Assembly: GCA_041497895.1 (NCBI GenBank)
Contig: JBGQHJ010000049.1
Location: forward strand, 1 to 29,869
Direction of reading: 5' to 3'
DNA length: 29,869 nt
From: Candidatus Methylomirabilia bacterium
GTDB taxonomy: Bacteria; Methylomirabilota; Methylomirabilia; Rokubacteriales; CSP1-6
Positions 8,629 to 17,769 of this stretch are shown here, one piece after another; positions within the stretch are counted from its first letter, which is position 1, and each line of letters begins with the position of its first letter. The translations under genes were made by a program, and so were the position numbers. The notes below the pieces were generated by a model, which worked only from the letters and a program-made list of their open reading frames with translations, had not been told where the DNA came from and did no database searches.

Positions 8629-9483
8629 ATGGACGTGAGCGGCATGGTTCAGAGCGCGATCCCGTTACTGACCCAGTTCGCGCTCAAGGTAGTCGGAGCC
8701 ATCGCCCTGTGGCTCGTCGGGCGCTGGCTCATCCGTTTCGCGGTCAAGATGCTCGTGCGCACCTTGAAGTACCCGTTCGACCAGACGGTCGCCGGCTACA
8801 TCGGCACCGCGACGTCCGTGCTCTTGAACATCGCGCTGATCGTGGCGATCCTCGGGTTCTTCGGGATCGAGACGACCACGTTCGCCGCCCTCATGGCCGG
8901 CGTGGGCATCGCGATCGGCGCCGCGTGGAGCGGCCTGCTGGCGCACCTGGCGGCCGGGATCTTCCTGCTCATCCTCCGCCCGTTCAAGGCGGGCGACTTC
9001 ATCTCCGCGGGCGGGATGATGGGAACGGTGGAGGAGATCGGTCTCTTCGTGACCCGGATCAACACGCTCGACAATGTCCAGACGTACATCAGCAACAGTC
9101 GCGTCTTCGCCGATACCATCCAGAACTTTTCCACGAATCCCCATCGACGCGTCGACCTGATCGCCCAGCTCCACAACGACGCGGACCACGCGACCGCCAT
9201 CCGTCTGCTCAAGGCTCGCGTGCGGCAGATCCCGAACGTCAAGGCGGAGCCGCAGCCGGACGTCGAGATCCTCCAGTTCAACCCGCTCGGTCCGATGCTG
9301 GCGGTGCGCCCGTACTGCAACAACGAGCAGTACTGGCAGGTGTACTTCGACACCAACCGGGTGATCCGGGAGACTCTGGCGGAGGCCGGGTTCCACGCCG
9401 CCGAGCAGCCCATCGTGGTACGGACGGGCAACGGCGCGGTAGCGGCGTCGCCGACGATCGCTGCCGCGGCCCGGTCGCTCTGA
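8629..9483 (+). CDS. mscS: Small-conductance mechanosensitive channel (MscS family)
   Basis: Three TM helices, GIETTTFAALMAGVGIAIGAAWSGLL, RPFKAGDFI, GTVEEIGLFVT and NFS..RRVDL. Confidence 0.92.
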   Translation: MDVSGMVQSAIPLLTQFALKVVGAIALWLVGRWLIRFAVKMLVRTLKYPFDQTVAGYIGTATSVLLNIALIVAILGFFGIETTTFAALMAGVGIAIGAAWSGLLAHLAAGIFLLILRPFKAGDFISAGGMMGTVEEIGLFVTRINTLDNVQTYISNSRVFADTIQNFSTNPHRRVDLIAQLHNDADHATAIRLLKARVRQIPNVKAEPQPDVEILQFNPLGPMLAVRPYCNNEQYWQVYFDTNRVIRETLAEAGFHAAEQPIVVRTGNGAVAASPTIAAAARSL

Positions 9484-9510
9484 GCGCCACCGACCCGTGA
9501 TCGGCGGGAG

Positions 9511-9541
9511 GTCGCGGAGGGGGATCGTCTCCCTCCGCGGC
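9511..9541. terminator. Hairpin between convergent mscS and cytochrome genes
   Basis: GTCGCGGAGGGGGA-TCG-TCTCCCTCCGCGGC stem with G-U pairs. Confidence 0.5.
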
Positions 9542-9555
9542 TCGCCGGGCGAGCG

Positions 9556-10782
9556 TCACTTCGACTTCGGGGGTCCGCTGCCGAGTCCCGCCAGATAGGC
9601 GGAGATGTCCGCGAGCTCCTGGCCGGTCAGCGGCGATAACGTCGTCGACTGGCGTCGCCCCTCGGTCTGCATGTATCGCGCGTGGTTCCAGATCGCCGCG
9701 ACCTGGCCGGCGGGCGTGCTGACGACGTTGTCGATCGCCAGGTCAGTCGCGCCATTGCCCCCTTTCCGATAGATCGTGTGGCAGGCGAGGCAGCCCTTCT
9801 GCCGGACGAGCTCTCGACCGCGTCCTGCCCGGCCGGCGGCGGACTCGAAGTAGTACGTGGTGTAGAGGTAGGCCGTGATGTCGGCCATCTCCTGTCCCGT
9901 GAGCCGAGGAGGCGTCGTGAGGCCGCGCTGTCTCATGGCGGCCCACATCTTCGCGCCGTGGTTCCACATGAGACCGGCGAACTCGCCGGCGCTCACGCGA
10001 TGAGCCTGGGTGGCGAGGCGGGGAGCCGGGGTCGGGCTCTTCCCGGCGCCGACGGGGTGGCACGTGGCGCAGCCCCGGTCCACAAAGAGCTTCTCGCCGC
10101 GCTCTGACGTGCCCGGGACGACCGGCGCGGCCTCCCCGCCGTCCTGTGCCGTCGCGGCGATGTAGGCGACGAGATCGGCCAGCTCCGTCCTCCGGAAGGT
10201 AGGCCAGGTGACCCCCCGCGCGTTCATCGCCTCGGCCATCCGGAGGCCATGGTTCCACATGGCGGTGGCCATGAGGACCGCCGACCTGGACCGCTTGAAA
10301 CCGTCGAGAGCGGGACCCACGTTGCCGCCCCTGCCGCCCACGGCGTGGCACTGCGCGCAACTCTTGGCCGTGAAGAGACGAGATCCGGCGGCCGGGTCAC
10401 CCGAGACCTCGTAGTACTGCGTTGTGAAGAGGAACGAGGCCAGGCTGGAGAACTCGAGCGGGGTGAGGCGTGGGGGCTGGATCCCCGCGTCGCGCATCGC
10501 GGCCCCCATCCGGGGCAGATGGTTCCACATGGCTGCTCCCAGATCGAAGAGGCCCCGGCTCGCCCGGAGCCCGGCGAGGTCCGGCCCGGCGGCGCCGTCG
10601 CCGACTCCGCGCACCCGGTGGCAGGTGCCGCAGCCCTTGTCGACGAAGACGTTCCAGCCCGGGACCATCGTCCACTCGGCAGGGACCGAGCCGGGAATCT
10701 GCGGTCGGGCGGCCGTGGGAAGGAGCACCGTCAGCGCCACGAGCCCGTACGCGGTGACGATTCGGAATACACGTCCGCTCAT
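9556..10782 (-). CDS. Exported tetraheme cytochrome c built from four tandem class I-like domains
   Basis: Signal peptide and four CxxCH motifs (CGTCH, CAQCH, CATCH, CLACH), each followed by (M/I)WNHxxxM. GGGAGGG RBS; start is ATG 10782 or GTG 10785. Confidence 0.9.
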   Translation of the reverse strand: MSGRVFRIVTAYGLVALTVLLPTAARPQIPGSVPAEWTMVPGWNVFVDKGCGTCHRVRGVGDGAAGPDLAGLRASRGLFDLGAAMWNHLPRMGAAMRDAGIQPPRLTPLEFSSLASFLFTTQYYEVSGDPAAGSRLFTAKSCAQCHAVGGRGGNVGPALDGFKRSRSAVLMATAMWNHGLRMAEAMNARGVTWPTFRRTELADLVAYIAATAQDGGEAAPVVPGTSERGEKLFVDRGCATCHPVGAGKSPTPAPRLATQAHRVSAGEFAGLMWNHGAKMWAAMRQRGLTTPPRLTGQEMADITAYLYTTYYFESAAGRAGRGRELVRQKGCLACHTIYRKGGNGATDLAIDNVVSTPAGQVAAIWNHARYMQTEGRRQSTTLSPLTGQELADISAYLAGLGSGPPKSK

Positions 10783-10905
10783 CACTACGCGCCCTCCCAC
10801 TGTGGCTCTCCGCATGGCGGTCAGGGGAGCAGATACTGCCACATGGATCGTGAGGGTGTCAAAGCCGAGGGGAGGAGGGCCGCCGGCGGTGAGCCGAGAC
10901 GGAAC

Positions 10906-10921
10906 TGGTATGCCTCTTGCC
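10906..10921 (+). promoter_or_regulatory. Putative sigma54 (-24/-12) promoter
   Basis: TGGTATGCCTCTTGCC has GG(10907-08)-N10-GC(10919-20), upstream of the cupin gene. Confidence 0.6.
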
Positions 10922-11109
10922 CGGGGTGAAGCTAGGAGAATGAGGAAGCGAGAGACAAAGGCGTGAGTGTTCGAGCACTTGTCGCCGGGGACGACATCGA
11001 TCTCCGGGACACTTGGGACACCCCTTCTGTGGCAGGTTGGCCACAGCTGTCTCACCGTCTCCACAGGAAGCGAGGCCATGCAGGCTCGGGAAACGAGGAG
11101 GGTGCAACC

Positions 11110-11535
11110 ATGACCGGCTACGTCGGACCGATCGAGCGCGAGACCCTGAAGAACACCTATTTCCGGCGGGTAATGTTCACCGGCAAGCACGCCCAGCTGG
11201 TGGTCATGTGCCTGCAGCCGGGCGAGGAGATCGGTAAGGAAGTGCACGCGAGCGTGGATCAGTTCTTCCGCATCGAGCAGGGTGAGGCCAAGTTCGTCTT
11301 CAACGAGAAGGAGGAACATCTCGTGCACGATGCGGACGCGGTGGTGGTGCCCGCGGGGACTTACCACAACGTCATCAACGTGTCGAAGACGACGCCCTTG
11401 AAGCTCTACACGCTCTATGCGCCCCCGAACCACCCCGATGGAACGGTGCACAAGACCAAGCACGACGCGGGGGCTATGTCGTCGACGTTGCCCTTCTGTA
11501 CGGCGTGTTCGGCTTTCACCTCGACGGCACGCTGA
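11110..11535 (+). CDS. Cupin domain protein with an atypical C-terminal tail
   Basis: GAGGAGGG RBS and motifs QLVVMCLQPGEEIGKEVH, DQFFRIEQG, VPAGTYHNVIN and LYTLYAPPNH. Confidence 0.88.
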   Translation: MTGYVGPIERETLKNTYFRRVMFTGKHAQLVVMCLQPGEEIGKEVHASVDQFFRIEQGEAKFVFNEKEEHLVHDADAVVVPAGTYHNVINVSKTTPLKLYTLYAPPNHPDGTVHKTKHDAGAMSSTLPFCTACSAFTSTAR

Positions 11536-12170
11536 CCCAGATGGTCGACCCGGCGACGGGCCGCTATCACGTGACCGCCGAGGGGCTGGGGGACGGCATC
11601 GCGAACCGCGTCGAATCGAGAGGTCGGCTGCTGGGCGGGCGATGGGCGCCCGGCGAGTCCCACTCCTATTTCAACATCAAGGGACGCGAGTCGCGCTCGG
11701 ACATCTTCTATGACTGGGGACGGCGGGCGGTCAAGTACGACTTCCGCGGGGGAACGTTCTTCCTTCGCCGGGTGCGGATCGCCCACGGCGTGCTGTCGAT
11801 ATCCGAGTCGATGCGGGTCGACGATGCGGTCAGCGCGATGCCGAACTACCGGGAGGGTTGCTGGCCGCCGCAGCCCGACGGAAGCTTCCTGACCAACGTG
11901 GTCAGGCGCAAGAGGCAGGAGAACGAGCGGCCGGACGATGTCCAGGATGGCTATCGGGCCGAACTCGCGCCCTTCAGCTTCCGCGTGGCGGTCGATCCCA
12001 GGTCCGGCGAGCGGACGGCGCGCTTCGACCTCGGCCGGTTTTCCTCCTGGGCCAAGCCGGATCACCCGGCCACGATCACGTTCGGGGCGGACGGCAATCC
12101 CGAACGGATGACGATGGAGATGATCCTGGGCACGTCCGTCCGCATGGGGTTCGCCAGGTCGGGCGCGTAG
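11466..12170 (+). pseudogene. Hypothetical beta-rich protein, probably N-terminally truncated
   Basis: A protein-like frame (RGGYVVDVALLYGVFGFHLDG...) begins inside the cupin 3' end. There is no RBS and no start codon before GTG 11505. Confidence 0.5.
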
Positions 12171-12184
12171 ATCTCGGGCGCAGA

Positions 12185-14929
12185 ATGCGACTCGGCGAGG
12201 AGGACCAGGTCGGCGAGGCGGTCGACGGCGCCGGCCGGGCGACGATCAGCCGGCTCTCGAGCGATGAAGCCCTGAAGAGCCTGGGTACCGGGCCAGCGGG
12301 GCTGTCCACCACCGAGGCCCAGCGGCGACTGCACACGTACGGACTCAACCGCATCGAGAAGGCGCGGGGCGAATTGCGGCTGGTGTCGTTCCTGAGGCAA
12401 TTCGGCCACTTCTTCGCCATGATCCTGTGGGTGGCCGCCGGGCTGGCCTTCTTTGCCGAATGGAGTGAGCCCGGCCAGGGCATGGCCAAGGTGGGCATCG
12501 CGATTGTGGTGGTGGTCGTGGTGAGCGGGGTCTTCTCCTTCTGGCAGGAGTACCGGGCCGAGCAGACCCTCGCCGGCCTGCGGAAGCTCCTGCCGCAACG
12601 GGCCGACGTGCTGCGCGACGGGAAGGCCGTCGAGCTACCGATCGAGCAGCTGGTCCCCGGGGACGTCGTGCTCCTCGAGGAGGGCGACCACATCCCGGCG
12701 GACTGCCGACTGATCGAGGCATTCAGCGTCCAGGTCAACACCGCGGTCATCACCGGCGAGCCGGTCTCGCTGGTGCGAGAGGCGGCTCCGAGCGACACCG
12801 ATGACCTGCTCCACAGCAGCAACGTGTTGCTCGCCGGGACCGCCATGGTATCGGGCCAGGCCAAGGCCGTGGTGTTCGCCACCGGGATGCAGACCGAGTT
12901 CGGCAAGATCGCGCGCCTCACCGGAACCGCGACCGGCGCGGTCTCCACGCTGCGCAAGGAGATCGAGCATCTGAGTCGGTGGATCGGCGTCCTCTCGGTG
13001 CTGATCGGGGTGGTCTTTTTTGCCGTCGGTCGGTTCCGGGGGGTTCCGTTCTGGGATGCCTTCATCTTCGCGATCGGCATCATCGTCGCCATGGTGCCGG
13101 AAGGCCTGCTCCCGACGCTGACCCTGGCCCTCGTGCTCGCCACTCAGCGCATGGCCCGGCGAAACGTGCTCATTCGCCATCTGCCGTCGATCGGGACGCT
13201 CGGATCCACCACCGTGATCTGCACCGACAAGACCGGAACGCTGACCCAGAACCGCATGCGGGTGAAGCAGCTCTTCGTGGGCGACCGGCAATACGCGTTC
13301 GATTCGTCCGAGCCGCCGTACCCTCTGGCCGAGTCCTACCGGCCCTTCTTCCTCGTGGCCGGGCTCTGCCACGACCTGAGAGAAGGCCAGCACCTGGGAG
13401 CGCCCCTCTTCCTGGGCGATCCCATGGAGATGGCGCTGGCGGAGATGGCCCAGGCGGTCCTGCCGCCGGCGCCCCGGCCCGCGCTCCTCCACGAGCGCCC
13501 CTTCGACGCCGACCGCATGCGGATGTCCACCGTACATGCCACCGCGGATGGGCCGATGCTGTGCTGCAAGGGGGCGCCCGAGTCGATCGCGCCACTGTGC
13601 ACCCGTGTCCTCGTGGCGGATGGTGAGGCCCGCCCGCTGACGCCCCAGCTGCGCAGCGTCATCCTCGCCGCTCAGAATGCGATGGCCGAGCAAGGCCTGC
13701 GGGTCCTCGCCCTCGCCTACCGTTCCCTGGATCCACGGTGGACTCCCGAGGCCCTGGAGCAGGATCTGGTGTGGGCCGGGCTGGTCGGCGTGCAGGATCC
13801 GCCGCGCCGGGAAGTCCAGGGAGCCCTTCGCAAGTGCCGGGAGGCCGGGGTCCGGGTGATCATGACGACCGGTGACCATCCCGGCACCGCGCTCGCGATA
13901 GCGCGGGAGGTCGGGCTGGTCGAGTCGGCGAGCCCGGCCGTGATCACCGGCGAGGCGCTGCGCGGCCTCCCGGAGGTCGAGCTGCGGCGCCTGCTCGGGT
14001 CGTCGGAGGTGATCTTCGCCCGCATCGCGGCGGACCAGAAGCTGCGCATCGTCGAGGCCCTCAAGCAGCAAGGTCACGTGGTGGCGGTGACCGGCGACGG
14101 CGTGAACGACGCGCCCGCGCTGAAGAACGCGCACGTCGGGATCGCCATGGGGATCCTGGGGACGGACGTGGCGAAGGAGGCCGCCGACGTGGTGCTGCTG
14201 GACGACAACTTCGCCAGCATCGTCAACGCGATCGAGGAGGGGCGCGCGGTATTCGACAACATCCGCAAGTTCCTCACCTACATCCTGGCCCACAACGTGC
14301 CGGAGCTGGTCCCGTACCTGGCGTTTTCCCTGTTCGCGATCCCGCTGCCCTTGACCCCGATCCAGATCCTCTCGATCGACATGGGTACCGACTCGCTGAC
14401 CGCCCTCGGCCTCGGGGTGGAGCGCCCGGATCCGCAGATCATGCAACGGCCGCCGCGGGCCCGAGGGGAGCGGTTGTTCACCGCATCGCTGGCCCTGCGC
14501 GCATATCTCTTCCTGGGGGGGATCGAGGCCGCCGCGGCGATGGCGGCGTTCTTCTTCGTGCTCCACGGGAGTGGATGGGCGTACGGTCAGGCGCTGGATC
14601 GCACCGACGTGCGGTACCTGCAGGCGACCACCGCCTGCCTGGCCGCGGTCATCGTGATGCAGATCGTGAACGTCTTCCTGTGCCGGAGCACGACCCGCTC
14701 CGCATGGTCGGTGGGGCTGCTGGGCAACCGGCTCATCCTGTGGGGCGTGGTGCTGGAGGTCGCCCTCATCCTGGCGATCTGCTACACGGCGTGGGGCAAT
14801 GTCATATTCGGCACCGCGCCCATCTCGGGGCGCGTCTGGCTGTTCGTGATGCCGTTCGCGGTCGGTCTCCTGTTGCTCGAGGAGCTCCGCAAGTGGCTAG
14901 TGCGACGCCGCCCGGCGCGGCGGGGCTGA
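12185..14929 (+). CDS. Cation-transporting P-type ATPase (type II, Na+/K+-ATPase-like signature)
   Basis: Motifs ITGEP, VPEGLLPT, CTDKTGTLTQN, KGAPE, TGDHP, TGDGVNDAPAL, NVPE and IDMGTD. Start codon approximate. Confidence 0.93.
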   Translation: MRLGEEDQVGEAVDGAGRATISRLSSDEALKSLGTGPAGLSTTEAQRRLHTYGLNRIEKARGELRLVSFLRQFGHFFAMILWVAAGLAFFAEWSEPGQGMAKVGIAIVVVVVVSGVFSFWQEYRAEQTLAGLRKLLPQRADVLRDGKAVELPIEQLVPGDVVLLEEGDHIPADCRLIEAFSVQVNTAVITGEPVSLVREAAPSDTDDLLHSSNVLLAGTAMVSGQAKAVVFATGMQTEFGKIARLTGTATGAVSTLRKEIEHLSRWIGVLSVLIGVVFFAVGRFRGVPFWDAFIFAIGIIVAMVPEGLLPTLTLALVLATQRMARRNVLIRHLPSIGTLGSTTVICTDKTGTLTQNRMRVKQLFVGDRQYAFDSSEPPYPLAESYRPFFLVAGLCHDLREGQHLGAPLFLGDPMEMALAEMAQAVLPPAPRPALLHERPFDADRMRMSTVHATADGPMLCCKGAPESIAPLCTRVLVADGEARPLTPQLRSVILAAQNAMAEQGLRVLALAYRSLDPRWTPEALEQDLVWAGLVGVQDPPRREVQGALRKCREAGVRVIMTTGDHPGTALAIAREVGLVESASPAVITGEALRGLPEVELRRLLGSSEVIFARIAADQKLRIVEALKQQGHVVAVTGDGVNDAPALKNAHVGIAMGILGTDVAKEAADVVLLDDNFASIVNAIEEGRAVFDNIRKFLTYILAHNVPELVPYLAFSLFAIPLPLTPIQILSIDMGTDSLTALGLGVERPDPQIMQRPPRARGERLFTASLALRAYLFLGGIEAAAAMAAFFFVLHGSGWAYGQALDRTDVRYLQATTACLAAVIVMQIVNVFLCRSTTRSAWSVGLLGNRLILWGVVLEVALILAICYTAWGNVIFGTAPISGRVWLFVMPFAVGLLLLEELRKWLVRRRPARRG

Positions 14930-15238
14930 TCACTTCGCGTTCTCGCACCGGTATACGTCGGCGGTCATGTAGTCCTGGAGCCCGAAATACCCGCCCTTGG
15001 CCGTCCGCTGCGGGGTCATGAGCGCCACGTTTCCGCCCAGGCGGGCCGCCTTCTTCTGGAGGTCCTGGAAGTCGTTGTCGGCGACGGTCCCCAGCACCCG
15101 GCAGCCGCTGACCAGGTTTGCGTCGTTGACCACGCGGACCCTGGCCGCGTCGGCGTCCGAGATGGCGCCCGACGACGAGCAGCCGCCGGCGAGGGCCAGG
15201 GTTGCCAGCCAGACCGAGGTAGTCCGTTTCGCGTTCAT
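14930..15238 (-). CDS. Small lipoprotein (DUF4156-like)
   Basis: GGAGG RBS, lipobox LAGGC, and GCRVLGTV...KAARLGGN...VYRC. Confidence 0.75.
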   Translation of the reverse strand: MNAKRTTSVWLATLALAGGCSSSGAISDADAARVRVVNDANLVSGCRVLGTVADNDFQDLQKKAARLGGNVALMTPQRTAKGGYFGLQDYMTADVYRCENAK

Positions 15239-15278
15239 CGCCCATCCTCCCCACCTGCGTGTGCGTGTTCCGGCCACC

Positions 15279-16826
15279 TCACTTCTCGGGGATGGCCGGT
15301 ACCGTCGGCGCCGACTCCCGCAGCTCCCGGATCAAGGCCTCCAGCTCTCGGGACGTCTCCCGCACGTACTCGTAGAAGTGCTTGTGCATGAGGGCCAGCG
15401 TGAACGCCTGGCGGATCGCTCCCGGCCGGCGCCACGCGGTCTCGAGTGCCATGGACAGGGTGAGCCAGGCGCGGCGGGGGGAGGTGCGCAGGATGCAGGT
15501 CCACACGATGCGCCCGACGACCGCCAGGTCGTCGCTCCGAGCCAGGACTCGCGAGCCGACGAGGCTGCCGCGATGGAGGATGAAGTCCATCGCGCGGCGC
15601 CGGTAGGCACGATAGCTGTACAGGCGGCGGAGCAGCGAGCGGTAGCCCTCGTAGAGCTCGAGGCGCGACATCCCACCCGGCACAACGTTGGTGAAGACGA
15701 ACTGGTCGCCCACCGAATCGGCGATGAGCCGGCCCGCGGCCTTCAGGCGCGCATGGAGCGGGGTCTTGGGCACCGCGTTCAGCATGCCGGTCATCGAGAT
15801 GGGAATGCGGGCCTGCTGGATGAACTGGAACTGCTCCTCGAAGATGGACGGATCGTCGTTATCGAAGCCGACGATCATGCCGGCCATGACCTCGATGCCC
15901 ACGGCCTGGATGCGGTGGACGGAGGTCACGATGTCCTCGCGGGTGTTCTGCGTCTTCTTCGTCTCGAGCAGGCTCGCCGCCCGGGGCGACTCGATGCCCA
16001 CGAAGAGCGTCGTGAAATGGGCCCGCTTCATGAGGGCCAGCAGCTCGTCGTCCTGGGCCACGTTCAAGCTCACCTCGGTCATGAACTCGAGGGGATAGTG
16101 GCGTGCCTCCTGCCAGGCGGCCAGGGCTCGGAGCAGCTCCTTGGCTTCCTTCTTGTTGCCGATGAAGTTGTCGTCGACCACGAAGATGTTGGCCACGCCC
16201 AGCCCATGGATGGCCTCGACCTCGGCCAGGACCTGCGCGGTGGACTTGGTCCGCGGCCGTCGACCGTACATCACGATGATGTCGCAGAACTCGCAGTTGA
16301 ACGGGCAACCCCGCGCGAACTGGATGGCCATGCTCCGGTAGCGGTCCACCTTGAGCAGGTCGAAGCGCGGCAGCGGGGAGTCGAGCATGCTCGGCTTCTC
16401 CTCCTGCCGGTACTCGGCCTGCCAGTGGCCGGCCTCGTGGTCGCGCACGAACTGCGGCCAGGTGTACTCGGCCTCGCCCACGAAGAGCACGTCCACCTTG
16501 CCGTGGAGCTCCTCCGGACAGAGTGTCGCGAAGGGACCGCCGGCCACCACCAGCTTCCCGCGACGCCGGAAGGCCTCGGCGATCTCGAACATCCGCCGCT
16601 TGTGGATGACGAAGCCGGTGATCCCGACGATGTCGGCGTCGGTGTCGAAGTCGACCGCCTCCACGTTCTCGTCGCAGAGCACGACCTCGTGGGGCGGCGG
16701 GGTCAGCCCGGCCACCGTGGGCAGCGCGAGATTCGGGAAGACGCAGCGCTTCCGGAGGCTGGGCAGGATCCGGTCGAAGGTCCAGAACGACTCGGGATTC
16801 TTCGGGGCGATCAGATAAAGCTTCAC
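15279..16826 (-). CDS. B12-binding radical SAM protein (DUF4070-type C-terminus)
   Basis: N-terminal cobalamin-binding domain (VVAGGPFAT, VGEAE), RGCPFNCEFC (CxxxCxxC) and VDDNFIGN. GTG start follows AGGGGGAG. Confidence 0.9.
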   Translation of the reverse strand: MKLYLIAPKNPESFWTFDRILPSLRKRCVFPNLALPTVAGLTPPPHEVVLCDENVEAVDFDTDADIVGITGFVIHKRRMFEIAEAFRRRGKLVVAGGPFATLCPEELHGKVDVLFVGEAEYTWPQFVRDHEAGHWQAEYRQEEKPSMLDSPLPRFDLLKVDRYRSMAIQFARGCPFNCEFCDIIVMYGRRPRTKSTAQVLAEVEAIHGLGVANIFVVDDNFIGNKKEAKELLRALAAWQEARHYPLEFMTEVSLNVAQDDELLALMKRAHFTTLFVGIESPRAASLLETKKTQNTREDIVTSVHRIQAVGIEVMAGMIVGFDNDDPSIFEEQFQFIQQARIPISMTGMLNAVPKTPLHARLKAAGRLIADSVGDQFVFTNVVPGGMSRLELYEGYRSLLRRLYSYRAYRRRAMDFILHRGSLVGSRVLARSDDLAVVGRIVWTCILRTSPRRAWLTLSMALETAWRRPGAIRQAFTLALMHKHFYEYVRETSRELEALIRELRESAPTVPAIPEK

Positions 16827-16900
16827 GGTCTTCTCCCCCTCGCTCCGAACGGAGGCTTGGCGGTCAGTGTGAACAACGTAGGCCAATCATGCGATCTGAT

Positions 16901-17665
16901 TCACATCTCGAAGCCTCTGGCCTTGAGGGTCGCGACGGTGTCGGGGGACCGCAGGAAGTCGACCACTGCCTTCGCCGCCGCGGGATCTCGGCTGGTGGCC
17001 AGCACGGCGGCCGAGAACTCCGTCGTGTTCTGGAGATCGCCCGGCAGGGGGCCGATGACCTCGACGCCCGGCACCGCGAGCAGCTCGGGGATCTGCTGGA
17101 CCGCGATGTCCGCTTCGCCTTTCACCACCGCCTCGGCGTTGGGCACGGCCCGGCCGAGCTTGGCGCGGGCGTTGACCTGCTGGGCGATGCCGAGTCGGTC
17201 CAGGACCTTGGCGAGGTGGATGCCGCTTGCGCCGCCGCCCGTCGGATCGGAGTAGGCGACCGCCTTCGCGGTGAGGAGCGTGTGCTTGAGCGCGTCCGGG
17301 GTGGAGATGTCCGGTCGGGGTGCGCCCTTGAGGACTGCGACGCCCACCTGGGACCGGGCCACCGGCACGCTCGTGCCGGCCGTGACCTTGCCCGCCCTGG
17401 CCAGGGCCTCGATGCCGCTGCTCGTGCTGACGATGACGTCGCCCGGCTCGCCCTCGGCGACCCGCTTGTTGATGCCGCCCGAGGTGCCGAGCACCAGGGT
17501 GAGCTTGTGGCCGGTCATCTCGAACTTCGGCTGGAGCTCGCGCCACGCTTCCCCCAGGGCGATCGTGCTCAGGACCTTGATCTCGGCGGCCCCGGCGCGG
17601 CCGGCGGGGGCGAGCAGCGCGAGGGCGGCCAGGAGCGTGGCGACGCGGGACAGAGATCTCGTCAT
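16901..17665 (-). CDS. ModA-like (molybdate-type) periplasmic substrate-binding protein, standalone
   Basis: Signal peptide, AEIKVLST, PDISTPDALK..LL.AKAVAYSDP..GASG and QQIPEL..VPGV..IGPLP. Confidence 0.88.
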   Translation of the reverse strand: MTRSLSRVATLLAALALLAPAGRAGAAEIKVLSTIALGEAWRELQPKFEMTGHKLTLVLGTSGGINKRVAEGEPGDVIVSTSSGIEALARAGKVTAGTSVPVARSQVGVAVLKGAPRPDISTPDALKHTLLTAKAVAYSDPTGGGASGIHLAKVLDRLGIAQQVNARAKLGRAVPNAEAVVKGEADIAVQQIPELLAVPGVEVIGPLPGDLQNTTEFSAAVLATSRDPAAAKAVVDFLRSPDTVATLKARGFEM

Positions 17666-17769
17666 GACGTCCTCCCCGGGCCCGCATGGTTACAGGTCGG
17701 TCGCGCATTCGCAAGGGGCCCTTTCACGAACCGGCGGGGCTGGGGTCCATGTCCACGGGGAGGTAGCCC

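Noticed and set aside
10833..10862. Minus-strand TTGACA followed by a weak -10 (CAGTAT) upstream of the cytochrome gene
   Set aside because: The -35 is perfect, but the -10 is poor and the spacing is 18 nt, so it is too weak to list as a feature.
17741..17756. TGGGGTCCATGTCCAC, a 12/16 match to the operator upstream of the SRPBCC gene
   Set aside because: The dyad is broken, there is no CTAC tail, and it lies only 13 nt from the start codon, leaving no room for the spaced -10 hexamer.
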